Positions 36,423 to 45,703 of a stretch of 64,000 bases of DNA are shown here, piece after piece; the first letter of the stretch is position 1; each line of letters opens with the position of its first letter. The stretch spans positions 1-64,000 of IMG/VR virus record IMGVR_UViG_3300028197_000962, one strand, 5' to 3'. The position numbers were made by a program, and so were the translations under genes. Source of the stretch: a virus. The notes below the pieces were generated by a model, which was given only the letters and a program-made list of their open reading frames with translations, searched no databases and had not been told where the DNA came from.

Positions 36423-37886
36423 TTATTTTAAGTTAACTGTGATAATTTCATAATTAAAATTTTCTTCGTTATAGATTTTAATTCTTTCAATTAGGTGATT
36501 TAAAGTATAGTTTTTTTGTGATCTGTAAGTGCAATCATCAGCGATATCAAAGAGAACTGCTTTCACTTTGTTATTCCCCTTTCTAAGAACTCGTCCAATG
36601 CTTTGTAAGTTTCTGATCCTAGACTTACTTGGAGAGGCGAAGATAACATTATGGAGATTTTTAATATTGATACCAGTAGAAAAAGTTCCATAAGAGGCAA
36701 CGATGATAGCGTTGTTTTCTTGTTCTGTAATTTCCCTAACTAGTTCACGCTCAGAGGCATTTACTCCGCCATGGACAAAGAATACCTTTCTGTTTTCACT
36801 TGTTTTTTTATTATTTATTTTATCATAAAGGACTGCTCCGTGGGACTCAACTCTTGAATATAAGATAAGAGTATTTCCTTTTAGATCCAAAGCAAGATTA
36901 GTAACAAAGTTATTTCTTTGTTCATGAGTAATAATATATTGAACTTCGTCTTCAAATGTCTCAAATTTTTGTGGAGAATGTTTTAAGAGAACACAATTAA
37001 TATCTAACTTAGAAAGATAACCTTTCTCCATCAATTCTTCTGTTCTGATAATTTTATATGAAGGTCCAAACAATCCCTCTAACACCCATTTATGCGTCTG
37101 TGTGCCGTCAAGTGTTCCAGTAAATCCAAATCTATGCTTGGCAGTATGCATCTTAGTCATGATCTGAACCAGTGACTTTGATTTAAATAGATGTGCTTCG
37201 TCACCGATTACAACTTCAAATCTTTCAAACCATTTACGATCTAATTTATAAATAGATTGCCACGTGGTAATTACAATTGGCCGACTATCCGTCTTTTCGC
37301 GCCCAGAGTAGATGCGGTGACAATAAGTCTCTGCCTCCCACCCATATTCCTCAAAGTCCTTATACATCTGCTCTACCAGACTGGTCGTGGGAACAACTAC
37401 CAGAATATTTTTCTTGTGCTCTACATAATACCTACAAAGAGAATAAATCATCAGAGATTTGCCTGATGCAGTGGGAGATATCAATAGTCTTCGGTTGTGT
37501 CTTAGAGCATCGTATACTCCCTCGACTTGGTGTGGTCGTGGCTCGTAGACCGCGATCGACTTGATATAATCTTTTACACCCTCATATGAGATAGTCTCAT
37601 TCACTTCAAAGGGTGTACCAAAAAATTTATTATCAACAAACTTATATTCATATCCGTAGCGTTTGCAAAATGATATAAGTTTGTCTAACAATCCAACGTA
37701 GATTTCTCCTGTTGCCGTAGAGAATAAACGAATTTTTCCATCCCAATACTTGTTCCTGTATTGTGGCATGAATTTTGCACCAGGAACCTCAAAAGTAAAC
37801 TCATCAGAGAGTTCCTGATATACATGAGGATCTGCTTGTATTCTTAAAAATACTTCGTTCTTTTTTTCAATACTAAGTTCAACCAT
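36423..37886 (-). CDS. uvsW: SF2 helicase UvsW
   Basis: SPTASGKS, GDEAH, TGT, QSIGRVLR. Confidence 0.95.
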   Translation of the reverse strand: MVELSIEKKNEVFLRIQADPHVYQELSDEFTFEVPGAKFMPQYRNKYWDGKIRLFSTATGEIYVGLLDKLISFCKRYGYEYKFVDNKFFGTPFEVNETISYEGVKDYIKSIAVYEPRPHQVEGVYDALRHNRRLLISPTASGKSLMIYSLCRYYVEHKKNILVVVPTTSLVEQMYKDFEEYGWEAETYCHRIYSGREKTDSRPIVITTWQSIYKLDRKWFERFEVVIGDEAHLFKSKSLVQIMTKMHTAKHRFGFTGTLDGTQTHKWVLEGLFGPSYKIIRTEELMEKGYLSKLDINCVLLKHSPQKFETFEDEVQYIITHEQRNNFVTNLALDLKGNTLILYSRVESHGAVLYDKINNKKTSENRKVFFVHGGVNASERELVREITEQENNAIIVASYGTFSTGINIKNLHNVIFASPSKSRIRNLQSIGRVLRKGNNKVKAVLFDIADDCTYRSQKNYTLNHLIERIKIYNEENFNYEIITVNLK

Positions 37887-38310
37887 AACCAGCGATGAAT
37901 TTTTGCCATTCAATCGCATTCTTAATTTGGTAAGTTCTATTGTTTATCTGTTTAAGAATGCTCTCAATATAATTTAGTTGAGTTTCATAGTAGTCAATTT
38001 TGAGATTGATCTGACTTAATTTTTCATCAGCATCCATATATTTTTGCATCGTATCTTTGTCACGTATCTTTTTTGGAAAGGGATTCTCTACATAGACCTC
38101 AGGGTCTGACTTTCCAGAAAAGTATTCATACCGTTCGTGACGAATATTTTTTCTCTGTTGCTCTGCCTTCTTCATCAATAAAAGAGTGTTGTTAAACAAC
38201 TCATGATACTTCGCATGAAGAGAAGGAATTTTCAAAGATTCATCGTGTAAGTTATCTTTATCAAGTTGTGAGTCTTTTTCCCACATGCATTGTATAGTTT
38301 CTAAATTCAT
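37879..38310 (-). CDS. uvsY: Recombination mediator UvsY
   Basis: SLKIPSLHAKY...RTYQIKNAIEWQKFIAG; synteny. Confidence 0.9.
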   Translation of the reverse strand: MNLETIQCMWEKDSQLDKDNLHDESLKIPSLHAKYHELFNNTLLLMKKAEQQRKNIRHERYEYFSGKSDPEVYVENPFPKKIRDKDTMQKYMDADEKLSQINLKIDYYETQLNYIESILKQINNRTYQIKNAIEWQKFIAGYG

Positions 38311-38870
38311 AAAGGATTGCCAGCTAAGTCAGTGATATTATAGACAGTATACTTGAAAGTGACCTCTGCTGTAAAGTAGTCAACGTCAGTCGGGGTAGCA
38401 TCAAAGTCAAGAGTTGTCAAGGATGTTGGAAACATTCCACTAAACTTAACTAGAAACTGAGGATTCAATGTGCTGTTAAGAACTTCTAACGTTGCATCAG
38501 AGTAAAAAAGTTCTTCTCCACTAAACTCTCCCTTATATAATTCTCTTGCTCGTGAACCTTCGTTATAAATTTCTTGAAGACTCTCTGGAAATCCAAGACC
38601 TCTCATCCAGTTTTGAATCTGCATGTAATTTTTTAGATCTTCATCAATCAAAAATCTAAGAGTAAAATCAGAGAAATTTAATTTATCTCCTGGTCTTGGA
38701 ATATCATTTAGATAATTGGGTTGTATAGCAACACCAAGATCAATACCTGGAATTTGTGCAGAGTTGGAAAAGAAACTTACCTTTGGACAACGTTGGATTG
38801 TAAAATTAAATCCAGTTGGTGATAAGTAGTTTCTATTCTCAATCTGTTTATCATAGATGGAACGTGCCAT
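38307..38870 (-). CDS. gp3: Tail tube terminator (gp3)
   Basis: NRNYLSPTGF...FLIDEDLKNY...MFPTSL. Confidence 0.88.
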   Translation of the reverse strand: MARSIYDKQIENRNYLSPTGFNFTIQRCPKVSFFSNSAQIPGIDLGVAIQPNYLNDIPRPGDKLNFSDFTLRFLIDEDLKNYMQIQNWMRGLGFPESLQEIYNEGSRARELYKGEFSGEELFYSDATLEVLNSTLNPQFLVKFSGMFPTSLTTLDFDATPTDVDYFTAEVTFKYTVYNITDLAGNPL

Positions 38871-39193
38871 TAATCTCTTTGTCTCCAATCATCTGTTTTT
38901 TCGTGTGTAAACCAATCCGCTATATCATCAGCACTACTAAATCCCGTTTTATGATTGGATGGGTCGGGATCACCTAATCCCATCCTATTCAGAAAATCAT
39001 CTGCACTACCTTCTTCGATACTTTGAGATGCTTGGCGTCTTGCCATTTTTATCATCTCATTGGCAGTTGTATTTGCTTTTGCTAGTTTGTTTGCCCAAAT
39101 CATATCATCCAAACTAACATCTTCATCACTAATAATTTTTTCACAGATTGATTCTAGCCGAAGGCGATAAGCAGTCGATAGCATATCATTCAT
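38870..39193 (-). CDS. Conserved hypothetical protein
   Basis: MLSTAYRLRLE...GDPDPSNH...DWRQRD. Confidence 0.75.
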   Translation of the reverse strand: MNDMLSTAYRLRLESICEKIISDEDVSLDDMIWANKLAKANTTANEMIKMARRQASQSIEEGSADDFLNRMGLGDPDPSNHKTGFSSADDIADWFTHEKTDDWRQRD

Positions 39194-39212
39194 TCATACA
39201 ACTTATTTAGAC

Positions 39213-39239
39213 AAAAAAAGGGGGTCCGAAGACCCCCTC
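39213..39239 (-). terminator. Intrinsic terminator after gp23
   Basis: GGGGGTC-TTCG-GACCCCC plus T run; a second hairpin ACTTCC..GGAAGT just upstream. Confidence 0.9.
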
Positions 39240-39267
39240 TTGCACTTCCTTCACACGGAAGTATATA

Positions 39268-40686
39268 TCACATCAGGTTCGTGACCTTGACGCGACGATA
39301 GTAGCGGTTAGCAGAAGGATTAAGGTTACCGAGACCCTGGTTTGTTCCCTCAGCGAATGGGTTAGCAACGAGACCATAACGGGTCTTGAAGCCAATCTTG
39401 GGCTGGAAGGAGTTCTCACCAACGGCGCGAACCATTTGGAGAGGAACGTAAGGACAGTAGAACAGACCAGCGTCATAAGGGGAAGAACCCTTGTAACCTA
39501 CGACGTAATACTGGTTAGCAGCAACGTTAGCAGCATAGGGGTCAATGTAGACTCTATACTTACCATTGATGGTGCCAGCAAAGGTGTTGCCGGTATCATC
39601 AACGTTGAGGTTTGCGTTGAGCGCAGGGGTGTAATCAAGCACACCAGCCATGGTCAGAGCAGACGCAACGTCGGCACTGGTCATGATGATGTTGCCCTTT
39701 CCGCGACGAGTTCTTTGTGCGATTGCGTTAGCATCACGCTCGATTTGGAAGAGAAGACCCTTGAACTTCTCAACAGACCAACGACCATTGGAGTCAACAT
39801 CAAGGTTGAACTCACCAGCGGTTGCGGTGTTGACGGTTGCACCCACTTCTGCGACCTTGTAGATCGAGCGGATGACTTCACGGTTGATCTCAGCAAGAAT
39901 CTCAGTGGAGAGAATGTTGGCGAGTTCAGCCTCGGCGTTAAGACCATGAATTGCTTTAAGGTCTTGTGCCAGTTCCAAGGAATACTCTGCTTTCAGAGCA
40001 CGTGACTTGGCGGTTACGGTGACTTTCTCGATCGAGAATGCCATTTCGTTGAAAGCCTCAGCACCAGCCTTGGTGTTAAGTGCTTCTGCATCGGCGGTGC
40101 CCATGCCCTGACCAACGTTGTAACTAGCGGAAGAACCGGCAGATACAGGGTTAAGAGCAGAAGGGTTGGGTCCAGACTGTGAAGTAGTACCGAAACCGGC
40201 GGCTACGTCAGAGAAGTAGTCTTGGTTACCGAAGCCATGATTCTGACCGGAGAATGCGGTATCAGCTTCGTCATAGAATGCTTCCTTACCACTCATTCCT
40301 GGGGTGCCAGGAGCGGCGTAGCGGGAGCGCATTGCGAAGATCAGTCCAGTAGGACCGTTCATCGGTTGAACGCCTGCAAGGTCATATGCGACCAAGTTAG
40401 GCATTGCGCGTCTGATCAAGGAGATCAGAACGGGGTCGAAACCAGCAACAGGACCAGTGGCGGCAGCGTCTGCGCTAAAACCGGCAGCTGTGGTGCTGCT
40501 GTTGGTGTTGATTGATGGGGTTTCCATCAGGGACGTGCCTGACGAGAACGCTGCTTCCTCTTTGAGGAATTTTTCTTGGTTTTCGAGCAGAATTGCGGTT
40601 ACAGATCTTCTGTGATTGTCGGTGATACCACCGTCATGATCCAGAAGGGGCTTCCACTTTTCTACCAGATGCTCAGATTGGAACAT
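39268..40686 (-). CDS. gp23: Major capsid protein (gp23)
   Basis: GVQPMNGPTGLIFAMRSRY, KSRALKAEYS, FQPKIGFKTRYG. Confidence 0.99.
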   Translation of the reverse strand: MFQSEHLVEKWKPLLDHDGGITDNHRRSVTAILLENQEKFLKEEAAFSSGTSLMETPSINTNSSTTAAGFSADAAATGPVAGFDPVLISLIRRAMPNLVAYDLAGVQPMNGPTGLIFAMRSRYAAPGTPGMSGKEAFYDEADTAFSGQNHGFGNQDYFSDVAAGFGTTSQSGPNPSALNPVSAGSSASYNVGQGMGTADAEALNTKAGAEAFNEMAFSIEKVTVTAKSRALKAEYSLELAQDLKAIHGLNAEAELANILSTEILAEINREVIRSIYKVAEVGATVNTATAGEFNLDVDSNGRWSVEKFKGLLFQIERDANAIAQRTRRGKGNIIMTSADVASALTMAGVLDYTPALNANLNVDDTGNTFAGTINGKYRVYIDPYAANVAANQYYVVGYKGSSPYDAGLFYCPYVPLQMVRAVGENSFQPKIGFKTRYGLVANPFAEGTNQGLGNLNPSANRYYRRVKVTNLM

Positions 40687-40727
40687 TGGATTTACCTAAA
40701 AGTTAAAAGTTTAAATTAATGTTAAAT

Positions 40728-41813
40728 TCACTTAGTATTCATCTTGCTGAGAATATCCATATAAGATGTCATACCACCAGCACTAGGTGCCTCGGTGTGA
40801 TCAACACCCTCAGAAATTGTATCAGCGGATGATTGAGGTACTGACTTAGTTTCAGAGAAATACGATTCTCTCAGGGTGGTCAGTTTCTCTTTGAACGATT
40901 CTTCACTTTCAAACTCTACACCTTCGGCAAGTGAGGCAAGCTTTTCTTTCTGGGTCTGTGCAAGACCTTCGGATACATCGCCAAGGATACTGGTTGCAAC
41001 AGACTCACCGAGTCTCTTGTTTAAACCAATGTTCTTTTCGATTTGCTCGTTGAGTTTAGTCTCCATGTCATCTAACTTGTCTGTCATTGCAGACAAGACA
41101 TCATATTTTTCTTCAGGGATTGATACATAATGTTCTTCAAATAGTGACTTCATACCTTCCATGAAGGATTCAGTCATTTCAGTTTTAAGGCCACGTTCAA
41201 CAGCCAGTTCATTTTCTTGGAGCCACTCATCAGCGACATATTCCAAGTATGAATCAACACGCTCTTGAAGTTCAACCTTCATTTCTTCGACTTCTTCTTC
41301 AAGTGCAACAGAATACTGTGCTTCTAGTTGCTCTTTAACGTCAGAAATTTTTGATTTAAGTGCGGCTTCAAAGATGGTCTTTGCCTTTTCTCTGAATTCC
41401 TCGGAAAGTTCTTCACCACCAAGGAGAGCATTAACGTCTTCTTCAACGTCAATGGTATCTTCCTCAACAACAACTTCATCAGAGACTTCTTGGTTCTCTT
41501 CAATAGTTGCTTCGGTGTCGAGTTCTTCTTCTTCTTTTTTCATTGCGGGAGTAGAGTCTGCTTTACCAGCACCTTTGTTTACAACATCGGTTACTTGTTT
41601 TAAGCTGCCACCGGGAGTTTTCAGCTTTGCTGAATCATCATCTGGTCTGTAATTATCCGGAGTAGGACCTCCAAGATCTTCCACACCTGCTAATGCGGTG
41701 CCGGGATCTGCCATTTTTGGCATAGAATCACCCGCTTTTGCGCCTGAATTAACAGCGGTGCGGGATTGCTGTGTCTTTACTTCCATTTCTTGTAGTGATT
41801 TTCCACGTGACAT
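40728..41813 (-). CDS. gp22: Prohead scaffold (gp22)
   Basis: LSEEFREKAKTIFEAA, VDSYLEYV; acidic coiled coil. Confidence 0.93.
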   Translation of the reverse strand: MSRGKSLQEMEVKTQQSRTAVNSGAKAGDSMPKMADPGTALAGVEDLGGPTPDNYRPDDDSAKLKTPGGSLKQVTDVVNKGAGKADSTPAMKKEEEELDTEATIEENQEVSDEVVVEEDTIDVEEDVNALLGGEELSEEFREKAKTIFEAALKSKISDVKEQLEAQYSVALEEEVEEMKVELQERVDSYLEYVADEWLQENELAVERGLKTEMTESFMEGMKSLFEEHYVSIPEEKYDVLSAMTDKLDDMETKLNEQIEKNIGLNKRLGESVATSILGDVSEGLAQTQKEKLASLAEGVEFESEESFKEKLTTLRESYFSETKSVPQSSADTISEGVDHTEAPSAGGMTSYMDILSKMNTK

Positions 41814-41857
41814 TTGTAGCTACTCCGTAATAAACCTGTATTGGTATTATCTTTATT

Positions 41858-41865
41858 TATTTATA
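41858..41865 (-). promoter_or_regulatory. Late promoter TATAAATA
   Basis: Upstream of gp22. Confidence 0.8.
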
Positions 41866-41866
41866 T

Positions 41867-42517
41867 TTAAATGTTTTGCAAGAACTCGTTGAATAAATTT
41901 AATTTATTCTCATCGAGTTTTTTCTGATCAACTAAGGTGTTAATCGTTGCATACGTTTTTTGAGCATACTTCTCACGAAGAATGCTACCATCCCATACCC
42001 AATCCTTTCCTTCCATAATACCCTCAACAAAAGCATCGGGTGCAGAAGGATCGGCAACAATGTCAGCAGCAGTTGCTAACATAAAATCATCGCCAACAAT
42101 ATTGATGCCTTCACGTGTCATTTTTAGAGACCCAATTCCCCGAGAAGAAACACCGAGTTTGACACCTTCTTCTACCAGCGATGCAGCAATCTTACCCATT
42201 GGGGTATTGAGGATTTTTGCCTTACCGATAAAGTTAGATCCATTTTCTCTAAGAGAAATAATCTTATGAGATACTCTATCAAGGTTTACAGTAGGACCTT
42301 CGGGATGACCTAGTTCACCAAGGGCTCTACCTTTGGCAACATGATTCTCATTATATCTACCAACTTCACGACGGAGTGTCTCCATAGGATACATTCTGCC
42401 ATTACGGTTTTTGATGTTTCCTTGGAGGAATACACCTTCAATATACATGGATTTCTTGCCACCTCTCGATTCAACAAGAAACTCAACTGATTCAATTTCT
42501 TCTGTGATGAGTTTCAT
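41867..42517 (-). CDS. gp21: Prohead protease (gp21)
   Basis: NRNGRMY, ALGELGHP, GVSSRG, DIVADPS. Confidence 0.96.
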   Translation of the reverse strand: MKLITEEIESVEFLVESRGGKKSMYIEGVFLQGNIKNRNGRMYPMETLRREVGRYNENHVAKGRALGELGHPEGPTVNLDRVSHKIISLRENGSNFIGKAKILNTPMGKIAASLVEEGVKLGVSSRGIGSLKMTREGINIVGDDFMLATAADIVADPSAPDAFVEGIMEGKDWVWDGSILREKYAQKTYATINTLVDQKKLDENKLNLFNEFLQNI

Positions 42518-43098
42518 TAGGATCCGCCTCCGGCTGCTTGAATTTGAATAAAGTTAACAGTAGAACCAGTACCATCAGAGAAGATGTTGGCTTTTACAGA
42601 ATTTCTAACCATACCACCATTAAATGTCGCAGTGCTAGCACCACCAACAGTAGATGCACTACTGTTATTAGTAATAACAGCACGGGTAGAGAAGACTCCT
42701 TCGGCTGCCGATGAAGCGTTAACTAATATACGCTCAACTGGTTTATGTGTAAAATTTAAGGAGGAAGGAGTAAGTCCAGTAACAGAAACAGTGTCACCAA
42801 CATTAAAAGCACAACCAGTCCCTTCTGGAAAATGAAGAGTGGTTGCTGTTCCGGTAGTGATGCCAATAACTGGTTGAGATTTGGGAGTAAGACTCAGAAT
42901 CTCCGTTTCCTGTTTAGAAACGCTGTAATCATTTGCAGTCGCTGTTGGATTTGTTCCAATAGCTACTGTGACATTTTTAGTGCCGTTATTAGTGATTCTC
43001 AAAGAATCAGTTTTAACTGCCATCGCACTAGATTGTGACGATGCACCACTTGCACTTGCTAATGTAGTTCCACTATCTGTGATTGGATTGTGAGCCAT
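42517..43098 (-). CDS. Putative virion protein
   Basis: 193 aa, S/T/G-rich, in the head gene cluster. Confidence 0.7.
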   Translation of the reverse strand: MAHNPITDSGTTLASASGASSQSSAMAVKTDSLRITNNGTKNVTVAIGTNPTATANDYSVSKQETEILSLTPKSQPVIGITTGTATTLHFPEGTGCAFNVGDTVSVTGLTPSSLNFTHKPVERILVNASSAAEGVFSTRAVITNNSSASTVGGASTATFNGGMVRNSVKANIFSDGTGSTVNFIQIQAAGGGS

Positions 43099-43295
43099 TA
43101 CTCGTCTTCCTCTGTTTCCGTGTCAATTGTGTCTTCAATGTCTTCAACTTCTTCATCATCGAAGAGACCTGCCGATGCATTGGGTTTGAGATTCTCAACT
43201 CGTTCTGCTGCTTTTGCATACAGAATTTCTTTGATTTTATCCGAAACCTCAGAACTAGATTCACCAGTCACCATAAGATCCATTAATTCTTCCAT
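43098..43295 (-). CDS. Small acidic prohead core-like protein (gp67 position)
   Basis: Acidic 65 aa between gp20 and gp21; TATAAATA at 43324-43331. Confidence 0.7.
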   Translation of the reverse strand: MEELMDLMVTGESSSEVSDKIKEILYAKAAERVENLKPNASAGLFDDEEVEDIEDTIDTETEEDE

Positions 43296-43326
43296 TGTTT
43301 AGTAATATACTAAGACTATAAGTTAT

Positions 43327-44997
43327 TTATATTTCTCCACCTTCGGGTGCTTCGGTTTTCTTACCTTGCTTCTCTAAATCCGGTTCCATGGGTGTTGCAC
43401 CCAATGCCGGACTACTAGAAACAGCACCTTCTTGTGGTTGACCAGGTTCCATACCATCAACGGCCATTGCTGCCTCTAATGGGTCAACAATAATACCGTC
43501 TTTGATTTCTTGATCGATCTTTGCATCCTCTTCGAGAATGTCAGCATCAGTTTGACGAATGATCTTACGTCTTACATAATCTTGTGAATAGTATTTGCCA
43601 ACATAAGGTTCTGCCAGAGTTGCCAAATTGATTCTGTTCTCCATGAGTTCTGCTTCTTTGAGTTCAGAGAAGTGGTTATCATAGAGGAAGTCAAACTGAA
43701 TATGCTCACTCATCATCTCCCAATCTTCGGGAGTGATAACGTTTTTGAGTAACAGTTGAGTTTTCAGCATGTCCAAGAACATTGCTGAGAATCTTTTTCT
43801 AAGACGACCAACAAACTTACTAAATTTGAGTTCGTCTCTTAGAATCTCAGAAGAACGACCAAGGTTAAATCCACCATCACCCTCAATACGAGAGATGGGA
43901 ACGTTAAGTGCCTTATAGAGTTTCTTCTTGAAATATTCAATATCGGTAATCTCTCCTAGGTTTTGACCACCTGGAAGAGTTGTGATCTCAGTACCACGAC
44001 CACCTTCACGACGAGGTAACCAGAAGTCCTCCATCATCGACATCATCTTTTTATCATCACGAATCTCACCAGTATCAGCATTGTATACTAACTTGTTACG
44101 ATAACGTGACATAACGTCACGCAGATACTGTTCTGCCTTTACCTTAGGAAGATTGCCAACATCAATATAGAAAATTCTACGTTCTGGTGCTCTTGACAGT
44201 CTGTAAATAACAAGACTATCTTCAATCATTCTAAGTTGATTGAGTGCTTTAATTGATTTGTGAAGGTATGATAGAGTTGATCCCTTATTTCTATCAACTA
44301 ATCCTGAGGTGCAATAGGTGATAGAATCTTTTGAAAATTTTACACCCTTTTGATCACTAGATGCTCCCATGTTAGACATGGGTTGATTTAATTTTGGTGT
44401 ATAAACAAAGTATTCTTCTAATTCTGGAAATGCCATATCAACAGAAGACAGTTCCTGCTTCCTGACACCTAGTTCTTTATTCTGTTGCTTTGCATGACGA
44501 ACAAATTTCATCTTTGCTGCGTCAATATAACGAAGTTCTTTGATTCCTTCGTTTGGTGACTTTAAATCAATAACTTTATGGTAATATAATCTACCGTCAA
44601 TATACCAGTTACGATAAATCTCGTGAGATTTTTTATCAAAATCTAAAAGATCTTTAATATTTTTAAATTCTTGTCTAATAGTTTTCTTAATTCCGTCCGA
44701 AGCATTGAGGTTTGATAGTTCAATTTCAACGGGACTATCATTAAGGTCGCTTACAACAGCTTCGTTTACAATATCTTCAATCGCACTATCCACCTCAGGG
44801 TGAAGAGCCATCTCTCTGTAACGACGAATTAAATCAATTTCAGTCTTAAATGTTCCTTCAATATCAACGTAGGATCCAAAAAATCCAGACGTGACGTAGT
44901 GGTCATTCCCATCCTCCTGTGCGGGAGGAACGGGACTGACCACTGATTTAGATTCCTTTTCAGAATCTTCAATAGAAAAACCAAACAGTTTTGCCAT
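43327..44997 (-). CDS. gp20: Portal vertex protein (gp20)
   Basis: RAPERRIFYIDVGNLP, EDFWLPRREGGRGTEITTLPGGQNL. Confidence 0.99.
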   Translation of the reverse strand: MAKLFGFSIEDSEKESKSVVSPVPPAQEDGNDHYVTSGFFGSYVDIEGTFKTEIDLIRRYREMALHPEVDSAIEDIVNEAVVSDLNDSPVEIELSNLNASDGIKKTIRQEFKNIKDLLDFDKKSHEIYRNWYIDGRLYYHKVIDLKSPNEGIKELRYIDAAKMKFVRHAKQQNKELGVRKQELSSVDMAFPELEEYFVYTPKLNQPMSNMGASSDQKGVKFSKDSITYCTSGLVDRNKGSTLSYLHKSIKALNQLRMIEDSLVIYRLSRAPERRIFYIDVGNLPKVKAEQYLRDVMSRYRNKLVYNADTGEIRDDKKMMSMMEDFWLPRREGGRGTEITTLPGGQNLGEITDIEYFKKKLYKALNVPISRIEGDGGFNLGRSSEILRDELKFSKFVGRLRKRFSAMFLDMLKTQLLLKNVITPEDWEMMSEHIQFDFLYDNHFSELKEAELMENRINLATLAEPYVGKYYSQDYVRRKIIRQTDADILEEDAKIDQEIKDGIIVDPLEAAMAVDGMEPGQPQEGAVSSSPALGATPMEPDLEKQGKKTEAPEGGEI

Positions 44998-45027
44998 TAT
45001 AATGTTCGTTGACTAGTATATAGTTAT

Positions 45028-45660
45028 TTAGTTAAGTGCGCCAGGACCACCAGCGATTTCAAAGAATTGAACTTGGAATTCAACAGTAAATTCTTCGATC
45101 GTGTTCTCAGTGTCATATCCAAGAGCAATCTCAGATACAGCAGTTGGGAAGATATCGTAGAAACGATATGATCTCAGAACGTTTGCTTTGGTTGTTTGAA
45201 TTCTGCCTGCACCTGCATCAGGAACAGCAGTCGTGGTTTCAATCTGACCAGACGAACCTCTACCTAACTGATAGACATAAGCGTCTCTCATGTAAGCAGC
45301 AGGGTTGGATGCACCAGTGTTGTTGGAGAGTTTGCTGAAACCATTCATCCACATTTCCATTGCATGGCGAATCTTGAAGTCCTCATCATTGATAATGGTG
45401 AGGGTCCAAGGATCGAACGTTCTATCGCCAGCAACTTTCAGAGTGCGACCTCTGAAAGGAACATCGATAGATGCAACGTTAGATGCGGGAAGGTTTGCTG
45501 CCTTACACATGAAGGAAAGGTCTTTCAACATCTCACCATCTTTGGTGACATATGAGGGAAACTCGGGAATAGTTACCTCAAACAGATTAGGGCGTGCGCC
45601 GCCCCCTTTAAGATTAGACTTAAAATTTGATAGAGTCTTAATCGTTGGTGATTCAGCCAT
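45028..45660 (-). CDS. gp19: Tail tube protein (gp19)
   Basis: GGARPNLFEV, FRGRTLKVAGDRTF, IEEFTVEFQ. Confidence 0.96.
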   Translation of the reverse strand: MAESPTIKTLSNFKSNLKGGGARPNLFEVTIPEFPSYVTKDGEMLKDLSFMCKAANLPASNVASIDVPFRGRTLKVAGDRTFDPWTLTIINDEDFKIRHAMEMWMNGFSKLSNNTGASNPAAYMRDAYVYQLGRGSSGQIETTTAVPDAGAGRIQTTKANVLRSYRFYDIFPTAVSEIALGYDTENTIEEFTVEFQVQFFEIAGGPGALN

Positions 45661-45703
45661 TTGTTATGCTCCTAGAAATCTTCGTTAAGTGAGGGATTTA
45701 AGA